The notes under the pieces are model-generated. The model saw nothing but the letters and a program-made list of their open reading frames with translations. It was not told the origin of the DNA and searched no databases. 64,000 nucleotides of DNA from a virus (taxonomy: Duplodnaviria; Heunggongvirae; Uroviricota; Caudoviricetes), in IMG/VR virus record IMGVR_UViG_3300027851_000011, one strand, 5' to 3'. Below, piece after piece: positions 63,215 through 64,000 of this stretch. Position 1 is the stretch's first letter. Each line of letters starts with the position of its first letter. Position numbers and translations under genes: made by a program.

Positions 63215-64000
63215 ATGAAGACGCCGAGACCACACCAGAAAGAAGCCATCGAGGCTGTCGTGAACGGGTTCAAAGCCCACAACCGAGGCAAGCTCATCAT
63301 GGCTTGCGGAACTGGCAAGACGCTCGTCGCGAACTGGGTTCGGGAGGGACTGTCGGCTGTACGAACCATCGTTTTTGTTCCGTCGATAGCGCTGATAGCA
63401 CAAACGATACGTGAATGGACAGCTGCATGCTCAGATAACTTCGAGGCACTGGCTGTTTGTTGTGACGCGACAGTAGCCGATTCAGGAACGTCGACAGTCG
63501 ACGGCGACGAAGATGAATCAACAGCTAATGTGGAAGCTGCTGTCACTACTGATTATCGTTCCATATCGGCGTTCCTTCAGAAGCCTGGGCATCGTGTCGT
63601 CTTCTCGACGTATCAATCATCAGAGACTGTAGCAGAGGCACTTAGCCTTGCTGGTACTCCGCAGTGTGATCTAGTAATCGCAGATGAAGCACACAGAACG
63701 GCTGGAGCACTCGGCGGCCTATTCACTACTGTTCTCGACGACAACCGAGTTCCATCGGTGCATAAGTTGTTCATGACTGCAACGCCACGGCTGTATCATG
63801 AAAACTCAGATACTCCAATAGCTTCGATGGATGACGAGAAACTATATGGTCCTGAGTTCCATCGTCTTGATCTCGCAGATGCAGTAGCCCGTGGACTTTT
63901 GTCAGACTACGAGATTCTCATAGTATTTGCCACGACGAAAGAGGCCAGGGACCTCCTGAAGAAGAATCCGCGTCTACGCGTTCGTGATCGCGCATTACAG
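63215..64000 (+). CDS. Superfamily-2 DEAH helicase, 5' portion, running off the window end; low-GC composition
   Basis: Not in the ORF track because no stop falls within the window. Translation gives MKTPRPHQKEAIEAV... with motif I MACGTGKT, motif II DLVIADEAHR and motif III LFMTATP. Local GC is clearly lower. Confidence 0.6.
   Translation, partial: MKTPRPHQKEAIEAVVNGFKAHNRGKLIMACGTGKTLVANWVREGLSAVRTIVFVPSIALIAQTIREWTAACSDNFEALAVCCDATVADSGTSTVDGDEDESTANVEAAVTTDYRSISAFLQKPGHRVVFSTYQSSETVAEALSLAGTPQCDLVIADEAHRTAGALGGLFTTVLDDNRVPSVHKLFMTATPRLYHENSDTPIASMDDEKLYGPEFHRLDLADAVARGLLSDYEILIVFATTKEARDLLKKNPRLRVRDRALQ

Noticed and set aside
1-64000. tRNA genes, CRISPR arrays, IS elements or integrase
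   Set aside because: No cloverleaf-like conserved tRNA features and no regularly spaced repeat-spacer arrays were evident by eye. No ORF showed transposase DDE, tyrosine or serine recombinase motifs. A tRNA scan was not possible, so small RNAs cannot be formally excluded.

Overview
The window is a 64 kb stretch of a high-GC (about 60-65%) double-stranded DNA phage-like genome, densely packed and almost entirely coded on the + strand. Genes abut or overlap by ATGA, TAATG or GTGA junctions, and there are a few hairpin terminators. I saw no rRNA, tRNA, CRISPR array or transposase.

Recognisable + strand content, from sequence motifs:
- Two lysine-rich histone-H1-like proteins at the 5' end.
- Nucleotide metabolism: an NMP kinase, a dCTP-deaminase-like protein, flavin-dependent thymidylate synthase ThyX, a HAD 5'-deoxyribonucleotidase, a MazG-like pyrophosphatase and a SpoT/Mesh1-type HD hydrolase.
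- Replication: a DnaQ-like DEDDh exonuclease, a 940 aa protein of unknown function, a family A DNA polymerase with a proofreading domain and an SNF2-like helicase.
- Other: a WGR-PARP (poly-ADP-ribose polymerase family) protein, an SPFH/band-7 membrane protein, a 3D-domain cell-wall-binding protein, a GNAT acetyltransferase, a DUF932-like protein, a type IV pilin-like protein and many small zinc-ribbon proteins.

The only convincing minus-strand genes are a 4-gene lysis module at 6255-8046 containing an Rz/Rz1-like i-spanin and o-spanin pair, which implies a Gram-negative host.

Three stretches of clearly lower GC look like mobile or horizontally acquired insertions:
- a PD-(D/E)xK nuclease-like gene at 36460-37233;
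- a gene at 54916-55275 flanked by a 14-bp direct repeat and two paralogous small basic ORFs;
- a DEAH helicase starting at 63215.

Starts of many genes were adjusted by eye from the ORF track, so coordinates are approximate to within a codon or a few codons. All functional calls are motif-based and none was checked against a database.
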